A stretch of DNA of 64,000 nt from Dehalococcoidia bacterium (GTDB taxonomy: Bacteria; Chloroflexota; Dehalococcoidia; Lucifugimonadales; QGNO01). Below the pieces are notes generated by a model that saw only the letters and a program-made list of their open reading frames with translations, searched no databases and was not told where the DNA came from. Shown piece after piece: positions 19,790 through 28,868 of this stretch. The position numbers and the translations under genes are program-made. The stretch spans positions 18,103-82,102 of the forward strand of contig CBDHED010000002.1 of NCBI GenBank assembly GCA_965261825.1, read 5' to 3'. Position 1 is the first letter of the stretch. Every line of letters starts with the position of its first letter.

Positions 19790-21447
19790 TCGCCGGGGAG
19801 TGGGACCGGCTGGCGCTGCGCGGCCTGGCGGCCATGCCCTTCCTGGACCGCCTGGAGTTGGCCGCCCTTATGGGTATGTACGAGGAAGCTGCCCATAACG
19901 CCCTGGGCAGGTTGCGGCGGGAGGGGCTGGCGGACTCCATCAGGCACGCCGCTCCCCTCACCCCATCCACTCGCCGCTGGTATCTGACTGCCGAGGGAGT
20001 GCGCCGTCTGGCCCTGGAGGACGACGGGGCCAGCGTGGAACGGCTTCTCCGCACCCTTCCGGTCTCCGCCAGATGGCAGCGCCTCCTGCTGGCACGGCTG
20101 GACGCCGTGGCCGTCGTCTACCGGCTGGCCTCGGCGGTGGCGGGCGCAGGCGGCTCACCGGCCTTCCGGTGGTACCGGGGGCTGGTCCTAGACGCTGCGA
20201 TGGCGCTGCCCGGCGGCAGGACCCTGGGCATAATCCGGCAGGGCGCCACCACTGACCGGACCGCCTTCTCCGACCGGGTGCGGTGGCTGCCGGACCCCAA
20301 CCAACCAATGCCCCGCGCTCTCCTGGGGTTGATGCCCGACGAGGCGCGGCTACGTCAGTCCCGCAGGTTGCTGGCCCGCTACCCCGGCCCGGTGTTCCTA
20401 GCCCTGGAAGAGCACGTCGCAAACGCCAGCGCCGACGACAGGGTATGGCGTCTCACGGCCACACAAGCCGTCCTGTCCCTGAGCGAGGCCCTGGCCCACA
20501 TGAAACCGGGCGGGCGGCTGCCCACTGAGCCGGCGCTGACCAGGCTGTCCCTGCCCGGGGGCCTCTTCGTCCCCGAAGAACCGGAGAAGATTCCGGGCCA
20601 CCTGCTTCCCGCCGCGCTCAAGCCCGCCGACAAGCGGCTGCTCGACCGGCTGTCCGAGTGGCCCTGGATCACGGCGGACGACCTGGGTGGCCTGCTGGAA
20701 CTCTCGCCTTCCGGCGTGTCCAAGCTGACCTCACGCCTGGGCCGGCTAGGTCTGGTCTCCCGCCTACACTTGGGCGGTCGCCGACGGCTGGCCCTGAGCC
20801 GCCGAGGGTTGGCGCTCCTGGCCCGTAGGGACCGGGCCTCCGTGTCCAGGGCCATCGCCCGATGGAGCGTCGAACCCGCTGAAGGACAGGCCTCCTCGGG
20901 TTGGCGGAGCGTGCCGGGGGCGCGCAGCCGTCCCTTGGCCCGGACCATCGAGCACACCGAGGGGGTACACCACTTCATGGCGGCGCTGACCCGACAGGCC
21001 AAGCGGCACTCCGGCTTCCGGGTCCTGCAAGTCAGCCCGCCCCACCACGCCGCCCGCTACTTCCGGCACCGGGGCAGGCTTCGCTCCATTCACCCCGACG
21101 GGTTCGGTGTGGCGCAGGCCGGGGAACGGACCTACCCCTTCTTCCTGGAGTGGGAGCGGCGGGCCGTGAATCCCTCCACCATGTCGGCTCGTCTCGCGCC
21201 CTACCTGCGCTACTACTCGTCCAAGCAGCCCCTGGACGACCACGGCGTTGTGCCCCTCGTTCTCGTCGTCTTCGACGATTCCCTGGCTCCGGCGCACTTC
21301 CTGAGGGTGGCCCGCAACGAGATGGAGCGCACCGGGGTCAACGTGCCTCTTTGGGTCTCCGATAGGGAGACGCTGGAACGGGTCGGCCCCCTGGGACAGG
21401 CATGGCGCAATACCGACACATGGGACCCAACGTTTGCCTTCGCGTGA
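19786..21447 (+). CDS. Replication-relaxation (Replic_Relax)-like protein with repeated winged-helix segments
   Basis: 553 aa with a 4-nt overlap with the ATPase gene. The C-terminal IEHTEGVHHFMAAL...IHPDGFGV...YPFFLEWERRAVNPSTM resembles the replication-relaxation family pattern (H..., PDG..., ffLEvDrgT). Confidence 0.55.
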   Translation: MIAGEWDRLALRGLAAMPFLDRLELAALMGMYEEAAHNALGRLRREGLADSIRHAAPLTPSTRRWYLTAEGVRRLALEDDGASVERLLRTLPVSARWQRLLLARLDAVAVVYRLASAVAGAGGSPAFRWYRGLVLDAAMALPGGRTLGIIRQGATTDRTAFSDRVRWLPDPNQPMPRALLGLMPDEARLRQSRRLLARYPGPVFLALEEHVANASADDRVWRLTATQAVLSLSEALAHMKPGGRLPTEPALTRLSLPGGLFVPEEPEKIPGHLLPAALKPADKRLLDRLSEWPWITADDLGGLLELSPSGVSKLTSRLGRLGLVSRLHLGGRRRLALSRRGLALLARRDRASVSRAIARWSVEPAEGQASSGWRSVPGARSRPLARTIEHTEGVHHFMAALTRQAKRHSGFRVLQVSPPHHAARYFRHRGRLRSIHPDGFGVAQAGERTYPFFLEWERRAVNPSTMSARLAPYLRYYSSKQPLDDHGVVPLVLVVFDDSLAPAHFLRVARNEMERTGVNVPLWVSDRETLERVGPLGQAWRNTDTWDPTFAFA

Positions 21448-21510
21448 CGCGCTCAAACACTCCTGTCACAACATGAGGCCGTTTGGCGATTAGCAGAAGA
21501 CGGAAGACGG

Positions 21511-21560
21511 TTGACAGGACCGCAGCCGATGCCGCAATATCTTGGTAAGACTCGATAACA
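21511..21560 (+). promoter_or_regulatory. Putative promoter/5'-UTR module, copy 1 (TTGACA ... GTAAGACTCGATAACA)
   Basis: TTGACA at 21511-21516, CAATAT 18 nt downstream, then GTAAGACTCGATAACA at 21545-21560. A paralogous module lies at 22262-22312. Confidence 0.35.
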
Positions 21561-21564
21561 AGAG

Positions 21565-21828
21565 GTGAATATGTCAAGAACGACCAAGACCATCACCTTC
21601 TCTTTGCCGCCGGAGATGGCAGATCGGGTGGACGAGGCGATGAAACAGCAGGGGCGGTCCAGGAGCGAGTTCCTTCGCGAGGCGGTGCTCCGCTACATCG
21701 AGGAGTGCGAATGGAGACAGCTGCTCCAGTACGGAGAGGAGAGGGCCAGGGAGAAGGGCATCGGCCCTGAGGACGTGGCCGGTCTGGTGGAAGAGTACCG
21801 GGCCGAGGTCAACTCCTCCCGTACATGA
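21565..21828 (+). CDS. Ribbon-helix-helix (CopG-like) antitoxin
   Basis: KTITFSLPPEMADRVDEAMKQQGRSRSEFLREAVLRYI is a typical RHH motif. It overlaps the downstream PIN gene by 4 nt. The start may be the ATG at 21571. Confidence 0.75.
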   Translation: MNMSRTTKTITFSLPPEMADRVDEAMKQQGRSRSEFLREAVLRYIEECEWRQLLQYGEERAREKGIGPEDVAGLVEEYRAEVNSSRT

Positions 21829-22229
21829 GAGTTGTCCTCGACACCAACGTCATCGTCTCCGGTCTGAACTTCCCCGGCAACGAGCGCCTCGTCCTCGAAC
21901 TGGCTCTCAGGGGACGGTTCGGGCTGTGCCTGTCACCCTTCATCCTGGAAGAGGTTGCCGGGGTGCTGGGGCGCAAGTTCGATTGGACTGAAGAACGCTC
22001 GTCCCAGGCTCTCAGGGCACTGAGAGGCGCCGCCACTGTCATCGACCCACGGCGGCTCCCGGAGATCATCGAGGGCGGCCACGCTGACAACCGCATCTTG
22101 GAGTGCGCTGTGGAGGCTTCCGCCGACTACGTGGTCACAGGCGACAGGCGGCATCTGCTTCCCCTTGGGGAGCATCGGGGCGCGAGAATCCTCAACGCCC
22201 CCCGGTTCCTGTTAGTGCTGGTGGGGTGA
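21825..22229 (+). CDS. PIN-domain toxin
   Basis: The N-terminus MRVVLDTNVIVSGL, then ...ADNRILECAVEASADYVVTGDRRHLL, shows acidic PIN residues in the expected spacing. Confidence 0.8.
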   Translation: MRVVLDTNVIVSGLNFPGNERLVLELALRGRFGLCLSPFILEEVAGVLGRKFDWTEERSSQALRALRGAATVIDPRRLPEIIEGGHADNRILECAVEASADYVVTGDRRHLLPLGEHRGARILNAPRFLLVLVG

Positions 22230-22261
22230 TGTTTGCTGCTGCGAGCACGCGCTCCGTTCCC

Positions 22262-22312
22262 TTGACAACGGCCTGCCGGATGCCTCAGAATACAGAGTAA
22301 GACTCGGTAACA
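22262..22312 (+). promoter_or_regulatory. Putative promoter/5'-UTR module, copy 2 (TTGACA ... GTAAGACTCGGTAACA)
   Basis: TTGACA at 22262-22267 and GTAAGACTCGGTAACA at 22297-22312, 14 nt before the recombinase ATG. It has the same layout as 21511-21560. Confidence 0.35.
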
Positions 22313-22325
22313 GAAAAAGGGCAGC

Positions 22326-22995
22326 ATGAAGAAGAACCTACAGCCACTCACACCGGCGGCTCTCTACGCCAGGGTGTCCAGCGAGCGGCAGGACGTGGAC
22401 CTGTCCGTGTCCGCCCAGTTGAGGGCGCTCAAGGACTACGCCAAGGCCAACGGCTACTCCGTAGCCCGCGAGTTCGTGGACGAGGCCGAGAGCGGCCGCG
22501 TCGCCGACCGGCCCCAGTTCAGGGAGATGATTGAGGAGGGCAGCCAGCCGAAGGCTCCCTTTCAGGTCATTCTCGTCTGGAAGTTCAGCCGCTTCACACG
22601 CAAGCGGGAGCACGCCGTCGCCTTCAAGTCCATGCTCCGGCGCAAGGGCGTCAGGGTAGTGTCCATCACCGAGCACGCCGACGACTCCCCCACCGGCAAG
22701 CTCATGGAGGCCATCATCGAGAGCGTGGACGAGTTCTACAGCGAAAATCTTGCCCAGGATGTCGTCCGGGGTATGAGGGAGGCCGCATCACGCGGCTTCT
22801 TCCTCGGCTCCAAGGCCCCCTTCGGCTACACCCGCGTCAAGGTCAGCGACGGGGTGAAGGAGCGTCCCACGCTGGAGGTTGACCCGGCCGCCGCTCCGGT
22901 GGTGAAGGAGTTGTTCCAGAGCTCGCTTCGGGGGAACGGCCTCATGGAGATATGCAAGGCCCTGAACGACCGGGGCGTCACCAACAGGGGCAACC
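22326..22995 (+). pseudogene. Large serine recombinase, 3'-truncated by the IS21 insertion
   Basis: The resolvase catalytic N-terminus is AALYARVSSERQ, followed by the recombinase domain (...FGYTRV..., ...ICKALNDRGVTNRG). The family-like sequence stops at about 22995, where the IS21 inverted repeat begins. The remaining ORF tail reads into the IS. Confidence 0.8.
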
Positions 22996-23124
22996 TGTCA
23001 AGGGCGGCGAGAAGGTGTACCGCTGCGGCGGAGCAAGTGTGTCCCACTGGCATGATGAGAAGGACCCAAATGGGGAGCCGGGCGGGGTTAGGTCAGGAGC
23101 AGGGGTCCCCAGGTCTGGAGTGAG

Positions 23125-23907
23125 TCAGGAGTCGTCCTGCTCGTCCGAGATCGGGGAGGCGGCGTTTCCCCGGCTGTGCCGGAGACGGTAGCTGTCGCCG
23201 TTCATCTCCAGGATGTGGACGTGATGGGTGAGCCGGTCCAGCAGGGCTCCGGTCAGGCGTTCCGAGCCGAAGACCTCGGTCCACTCGTCGAAGGGCAGGT
23301 TGGTGGTGACCATGACGGAGCCCCGCTCGTAGCGCTGGCTGAAGACCTCGAAGAGGAGTTCTGCGCCGGTGGGGGACAGGGGCACGAAGCCCTGTTCGTC
23401 GATGATCAGCAGGCTGAGGCGGGACAGCTGCCGCTGCAGGTTGAGCAGCCGTTTCTCGTCCCGGGCCTCCATCAGCTCGTGGACCAGGGCGGCGGCCGTG
23501 GTGAAGCCCACGGACATTCCCCGCTGGCAGGCGGCGAGGCCAAGGCCCAGGGCGACGTGGGTCTTGCCGGTGCCGCTGTTGCCGACGGCGATGACGTTCT
23601 CCCGGCGCTGGATGTATTCGCAGCGGGCCAACTCCATCACCAGTTGTTTGTTCACCGAGGGGATGGCCGTAAAGTCGAAGGTGTCCAGGCTCTTGACGGC
23701 GGGGAAGCGGGCGGCGCGGATCCGGCGCTGCACCATGCGCTGGTGACGGTCGATGAGTTCCAGCTCGGCCAGGCGCAGCAGGTACTGGGGGTGGTCCACG
23801 CCCTCGGCGGCGCACTGGGCAGCCATCTTCCCGTACTCCCTCAGGAAGCTGGGCAGCTTCAGTTCCTTCAGGTGGTGTTCCAGGAGCAGGGTGGACCGCT
23901 GGTTCAC
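23125..23907 (-). CDS. istB: IS21 helper ATPase IstB
   Basis: Walker A GNSGTGKTH, Walker B LLIIDE, and ...LLDRLTHHVHILEMNGDSYR. GTG at 23907 follows GGGAGGG and overlaps the istA stop (GTGA). In the ORF track this is the tail of an artificial 759-aa fusion. Confidence 0.85.
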   Translation of the reverse strand: MNQRSTLLLEHHLKELKLPSFLREYGKMAAQCAAEGVDHPQYLLRLAELELIDRHQRMVQRRIRAARFPAVKSLDTFDFTAIPSVNKQLVMELARCEYIQRRENVIAVGNSGTGKTHVALGLGLAACQRGMSVGFTTAAALVHELMEARDEKRLLNLQRQLSRLSLLIIDEQGFVPLSPTGAELLFEVFSQRYERGSVMVTTNLPFDEWTEVFGSERLTGALLDRLTHHVHILEMNGDSYRLRHSRGNAASPISDEQDDS

Positions 23908-25404
23908 GCCGCCCTCCCTGGCAGCAGGGCCATGTAGTCCCCGGCGGAGGTGGTGTTCACGCTCACCCTGGGCAGGTAGGGGTACAGATCCAGGTCGAGA
24001 CGGGGCGGCCGTCCCTCCAGCCGGCAGAGCACCAGGTGCTTCACGGCGTCGAAGCTCAGCGCCCCCAGACGGAGGGAGTCCTGCACTGCGGCGTGCACCT
24101 CTTCCTGCCTGAAGCTCTCTAGGAGCCGCAGCACCTGGACGAACTCCCGCTTGCCCCTTGGTCCCATCCTGGACTCCAGGAGGCGGCGCAGCGTGGCAAA
24201 CTCCCCGGGCAGGTCCCACCCCCGCAGGGGTGCCGCCTGGTCCAGGGCGCCCGTCTTCCGCTCCAAGAGCGGCAGGTAGTGGATGGGGTCGAAGACGAAG
24301 TCGTCCCGCTGGTAGGAGCGGGGGTGTCGGGCGATGACCTCCGACCCGCAACTGATGACCACCCGGTCCACGTAGCCTTTTATCAGAACGTCGCGGTGAC
24401 CGTAGGCCACCGGGGCCGAGTAGTCGGTGGTCCGGTACCGCACCAGGGATAGGGAACTGACCCGGCCCGCCCGCTGGTCGCAGGCGTCGTAAGGCGCGGC
24501 CGGCAGGGGCAGCAGGGCCTCCAGGTCCCGCTCCATCCGCTGGCCGATACTCTCCGTGTGGCCCCCGGAGCAGGGCGTCCATGCGCGCCAGGCAGCGCCG
24601 CTCCAGGTGGGCGTTCAGCGCCTCGAAGCTCTCGAAGGACGGGATGGGCACCAGAAAGTTGCGGCGCACGTAGCCCACCATGCCCTCCACCTTCCCCTTG
24701 TCGTTGCCCTTCCCGGGCCTGCCGAACCGGCCCTCGAACAGGTAGTGGGACTGGAGCTCGGTGAAGGCCCGGGTGCGCTTTCGCCGGCCGTCCCCCAGGA
24801 TCCTGGCCACCGCCAGCCTGGTGTTGTCGTAGAGGATGCTCTGGGGCACCCCGCCCAGGAATGAAAACGCCGAGACATGGCCGTCCAGGAAGGCCTCGGT
24901 GGTCTCCGCGGGGTAGGCCTTGATGAAGCAGCCGTCGCTGTGGGGCAGGTCCAGGACGAAGTAGTGGGCCTTCTGCTCCACCCCGCCGATGATCACCCGG
25001 GCCTCACCGAAGTCGCACTGGGCATGGCCCGGGGCATGGGACAGCGGCACGAACATCTCCTTGGCCCGGCGGCGGCGCTCCCTGACGTAGTCCTTGACGA
25101 TGGTGTACTGGCCCGCAAACCCGTGCTCGTCGCGCAGCCGCTCGAAGATGCGCTTGGCGGTGTGGCGCTGCTTCCGGGGAACACCGAGGTCGCCCTCGAG
25201 GATGCGGTCGATGACGCCGGTGTAGGGCTCAAGCTTGGGCCTTCGGGGAGGAGTCTGCCGCCGGTAGCCCGGCGGCATCGAATAGGCCAGCATCTTGCGC
25301 ACCGTATCCCGGTGCAGACCGAACACTCGGGCAGCCTCCCGCGTGCTCATCCCGTCCACCATGCAGGCCCGGCGCACTCGAACGTACAGTTCCACCTTGT
25401 ACAT
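23904..25404 (-). pseudogene. istA: IS21 transposase IstA with a +1 frameshift in a G5 run
   Basis: The N-terminal frame (HTH, then the DDE region to ...ARMDALLRG) and the C-terminal frame (MERDLEALLPLPAAPYD...) join cleanly as LRGHTESIGQRMERD if one G is removed from the run at 24562-24566 (C5 on the + strand). The cause could be a real mutation or an indel sequencing error. Confidence 0.8.
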
Positions 25405-25613
25405 CCTTCACACCTTCCATCGAGTTTCCTCCAACTCTATGGAAGGCGGCGGGTGGTACGGTTTTGCAGCGCCACTCTCGAACGCTCACCCCCGCCTCGC
25501 CGGTACAGTATTACTCCGCCCTTTACAACTCTCCCGAATCTGATAGCCTTCGTGTGACGACGCCAGCTCTCGAGTATTGGTGGGGACATCAGGCAGACCA
25601 CACAGCGAAGTAT

Positions 25614-26216
25614 ATGAAGGGTACTATCAGCGCCAGTATCATCGAGGATGCAATAGAGGATGCCGCCGAGGACTGGAATAATGAGATGGGAGTACTGAAC
25701 AAGGGACTGAAGATCTGCGATGATGTCGACATCAGTTGCGGCAGCTCCAACACTGACGGAGGAATCGTTACGATCCAGACTGCAGCCACGACAAAAACCA
25801 ACGACAGCGGCGGTTGCGGAAACAGCATGGCGTGCGTGAAACCGGGCACAGAGCGCAATTCTTCTGGCCCCGGCAAACACATGGTGGATATGACGATGGT
25901 CTTTGAGGAACCCGCCTACATTTGCTCCGGTTCCATGTGTTTAAACCCAACTCGGCTCGTTTGGACCGACGACGACACCAAAGATGGTGACGCGACACCA
26001 AGCAGCACGACGGCCGACCCGGAGCAGTACGCCTTCATTGACTGGGTTATGTTGCACGAATTTGGCCACGCTCTGGGGCTGCCGGACTTCTATGCCAATA
26101 CGTCAACACTTCAGGGCGAGCTCGCCATAATGAACGACCATTGGGTTGCCCAGGAAATAAAGGATGAAGACATAGAGCAGTTGAAAGCAATCTACATCCT
26201 TCATACGAAACACTAG
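25614..26216 (+). CDS. Zinc metalloprotease-like protein (HEFGHALGLPD motif), probably 5'-truncated by IS21
   Basis: HEFGHALGLPDFY is an HExxHxxGxxD zincin motif of the snapalysin/M7-like type. The ORF-track start at 25464 lies inside the IS. The first ATG outside the IS is 25614. No signal peptide or prodomain remains. Confidence 0.5.
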   Translation: MKGTISASIIEDAIEDAAEDWNNEMGVLNKGLKICDDVDISCGSSNTDGGIVTIQTAATTKTNDSGGCGNSMACVKPGTERNSSGPGKHMVDMTMVFEEPAYICSGSMCLNPTRLVWTDDDTKDGDATPSSTTADPEQYAFIDWVMLHEFGHALGLPDFYANTSTLQGELAIMNDHWVAQEIKDEDIEQLKAIYILHTKH

Positions 26217-26227
26217 GGAGAACCACG

Positions 26228-28393
26228 ATGCGAATAATCCTTGTCACACTACTGGCGGGAACGTTGCTAGCGTGCTCCCAGGGCATTGGAGGCAACGCGC
26301 CCGACGATTCACTCCCTGCTCAATCTCTGGCAAGAGACACGAGCGTTAGCTTTGCGGCAGTTCCTGTACGTGGTGAGACTTCCCTAGAAGAGAGGATCGC
26401 CAACTATCCCACCGTCGTCAGAGCGCGGATGACCTCCGAGTCCATTGAGGTTGTGGCCGGGGCGGGCAGGCTTCAGGGGAAATACTTCGCTGCCGTGAAA
26501 TTCGACCTCACGGTGAGTGAGTACCTGAACGGGACAGGCGCCAACAAAATCAGGGCGATATGGGTGGGCGATGACTTCGACAACCACCAGAAAGCTGAAG
26601 GCGCGTTGCCTGACATCCGCGCTAGTAGGGATACCCAGTGGGATAACAGGGAGGCGGTCTTCTTCCTGAAAGATGTACCGCTCGATCTCATACCAACATT
26701 GCAAGGTGACAACCATTACTTCCTGGCGAGTGGATTCTCCTACGAGGACAATTACAGCCTGTCCAGCGAGTACTCCAAACTGTGGCTGCCGGCGGCCGCG
26801 GAAGATACCGGTGCTACCGGCCAGAGCGGGACGGTGGGGGACAGCCAGGATTTCCTCCTAGCCATGCCGACCGCCCCAGTTGGCGCTACAGGCGCAAGCG
26901 GTGCCAGCGCACCTGCAGGTACAACTATAACGCTGGGTGACCTGAAGCAGCTGCTCTCAGCCGTCAATGCCGAGATGGACGCCGGCGACGGCTCGGCAGA
27001 GTACAAAGATTGCGTCAGGCTTAAGCATCAATATGAACGCGAGGATAGATACCTAATAGCCGAGGGTAAGGGTCGGAGAGTCTTCCGCATGTATCCCGCA
27101 CATGAGTTCGATTCTGGCCAGCCCGCCGGCACCACGATCTATGAAGACCAAGTCGCAGGCGCGGAATCAGATGAAGAGAGATCAAAGCTCTGGTTCGATG
27201 GACGAGACGCTGACCTGTTCAATGTCGTGACTGGCGACCTTGTGCCAGTACGCTCTGCATTCACATTCACCCAGACCGTGGTCTCTGCGCGTCCGATTCC
27301 CGCAGGAGAATACCGGGCCAATAACAACTTCCTTCGGTTCCCCTTCATCCCCTGCAATCACGTCTTCACCTACGAGATGGCGGTGACAGTGACAGCGCCC
27401 GAAGGCGCTGTTCACGAGGCGTTCTTCGACCCTGCGGTGATTGGCGCGGCGGTGGGTGCCGACAGTTCAAATGGCATTTTGAAACCAGCGTCTTTTGCGG
27501 TCGAGGGGGTGGGCACAACAAACATTAAGCGGCTCCAGTGGGAGTCAGGAAGGGTCGAGATGCAGATGGACCCGCCTGGCAGGCTTGCCGGCCATCACAT
27601 CGACTTCATCGCCTTGGACGGTTCGGTTGTGCTGCGGCTGGACTTCGACGACGCTAGGGAAGTTGCTGAGGAAGGCGGGACGCGCGCACTGACATGGGGC
27701 GTGTGCGAGCAGCCCTGGAGTGATGGCGACCTTCTGATGCTGCGCATCAGTGAAAGTCCTCCCGACCTGACCGGCGCGACCAACGATGATCTATGTCCGC
27801 CGCCAGCACCGCAGAACCTAACAGCCTCCTCCACGCAGGACTCGGTGACCCTGACGTGGGATGCGCCAGACGCCCCGACGGTAACGGGCTACCTGATGCT
27901 GAGGAGGATCGCAAGGCGGGACACGTTCGTCAAATTCGAGGTCGCCGAAGGCGCTGCTACGACGTACGTTGACACGACCGACATAGAACCCGGCACCAAG
28001 TACATCTACCGTGTCCACGCGGTCAACGCCGCCGGGACCAGTGAGGTTTCGCGCGTGACCGTCATAGCGGCGGCTAGCGCTCCTGTACCAGACGATGCTG
28101 GGATCCGTCCGCAGTCCCCGCAGAACCTGACGGCCGCGTCGACGCACGACTCGGTGACGCTGACTTGGGATACGACTGACGACCCGGCGGTATCAGGCTA
28201 CCTGATACTGAGGAGAGCGGTGGGGCAGGACACTTTCGTCAAATTCGAGGTCGCCGAAGGCGCTGCTACGACGTACGTCGACACGACCGACATTGAACCC
28301 GGCACCAAGTACATCTACCGTGTCCACGCGGTCGGCACTGAGGGGGTGAGTGATGTCTCACGGGTGCAGGTCAAGACAGGCGCGGCGCCGTAA
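26228..28393 (+). CDS. Lipoprotein with two C-terminal fibronectin type III domains
   Basis: The signal and lipobox are MRIILVTLLAGTLLAC. Two 103-aa FN3-like repeats are present (PQNLTA.ST.DSVTLTWD...GYL.LRR...YVDTTDIEPGTKYIYRVHAV). Confidence 0.7.
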   Translation: MRIILVTLLAGTLLACSQGIGGNAPDDSLPAQSLARDTSVSFAAVPVRGETSLEERIANYPTVVRARMTSESIEVVAGAGRLQGKYFAAVKFDLTVSEYLNGTGANKIRAIWVGDDFDNHQKAEGALPDIRASRDTQWDNREAVFFLKDVPLDLIPTLQGDNHYFLASGFSYEDNYSLSSEYSKLWLPAAAEDTGATGQSGTVGDSQDFLLAMPTAPVGATGASGASAPAGTTITLGDLKQLLSAVNAEMDAGDGSAEYKDCVRLKHQYEREDRYLIAEGKGRRVFRMYPAHEFDSGQPAGTTIYEDQVAGAESDEERSKLWFDGRDADLFNVVTGDLVPVRSAFTFTQTVVSARPIPAGEYRANNNFLRFPFIPCNHVFTYEMAVTVTAPEGAVHEAFFDPAVIGAAVGADSSNGILKPASFAVEGVGTTNIKRLQWESGRVEMQMDPPGRLAGHHIDFIALDGSVVLRLDFDDAREVAEEGGTRALTWGVCEQPWSDGDLLMLRISESPPDLTGATNDDLCPPPAPQNLTASSTQDSVTLTWDAPDAPTVTGYLMLRRIARRDTFVKFEVAEGAATTYVDTTDIEPGTKYIYRVHAVNAAGTSEVSRVTVIAAASAPVPDDAGIRPQSPQNLTAASTHDSVTLTWDTTDDPAVSGYLILRRAVGQDTFVKFEVAEGAATTYVDTTDIEPGTKYIYRVHAVGTEGVSDVSRVQVKTGAAP
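27809..28393 (+). repeat. Tandem 309-bp duplication encoding the two FN3 domains
   Basis: Units start at 27809 and 28118. A core of about 99 bp (27926-28024 vs 28235-28333) is almost identical (2-3 mismatches), while the rest is clearly diverged. Confidence 0.85.
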
Positions 28394-28733
28394 CGGGACG
28401 GTGATCCACGATGTATTCTGAGCACGGTCTCCCCGCCAGGAGCACCGACGAATCGCGCCTTTGCGCAGGCGCAGCGTCCGCGTACTAATTGGGCAAGTGC
28501 TCTGAGCCATTCTCGCTGCGTGGCTGAGGCGCGGCTCAAGTGGCGTAGCTGGAATAGTATCCCTGGATGGGTTTCCAGCGAAGAGACCTCATCGGCGGAA
28601 CCTATTAGCTGGGAGCGTTAGCCAGGCTTGTGCATTTCGTCGTGTGTTGATGGGCATTGTCTCGCCCCCAATCGTAACTATAGCGAGACCTCCCACCGAA
28701 AAGTTCGCAAATCGGTACGCCTTGGCCCACCAG

Positions 28734-28755
28734 ACTGGACAAAATCAAGAACCTT
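28734..28755 (+). repeat. Direct repeat copy 1: ACTGGACAAAATCAAGAACCTT
   Basis: A 22-nt exact match to 37568-37589. Similarity extends about 8 nt upstream (CCCACC-rich). Confidence 0.9.
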
Positions 28756-28868
28756 CGTGTTGAGGTTCACTCTAGCGGTGTAATAGGCCATACCCCCCGC
28801 CCCACCCGAAGCCCCGTTGGCGAAGTGGCTCGGTTTTGGATCTTAACAGAGGACCCTGCCATCAGCCA

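Larger units (their letters stand above)
22996..25527 (-). mobile_element. IS21-family insertion sequence (istA-istB), 2532 bp
   Basis: The terminal imperfect inverted repeats both start with TGT: left TGTCAAGGGCGGCGAGAAGGTGTACCG (22996->); right reverse complement TGTAAAGGGCGGAGTAATACTGTACCG (25527<-). They enclose istA and istB. No flanking direct repeat is detectable (left flank ...GCAACC, right flank ACTCTC...). Confidence 0.8.

Noticed and set aside
16952-21456. Long antisense or overlapping ORFs in the very GC-rich segment: 16952..17929, 17984..19657 (557 aa), 19365..20054, 20379..21002, 20764..21456, 17893..18498 and others.
   Set aside because: They are Arg/Pro/Gly/Ala-dominated shadow frames of the ATPase and replication-relaxation genes, which carry the recognisable motifs. 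This is typical of high-GC DNA.
23125-25404. A single 759-aa protein spanning the whole IS21.
   Set aside because: It is an artificial fusion. The istA N-terminal frame runs on by chance (Pro/Gly/Arg-rich junk) into the istB frame. The real genes are frameshifted istA (25404->23904) and istB (23907->23125). ORFs 23093..23815 and 23176..23937 are shadow frames.
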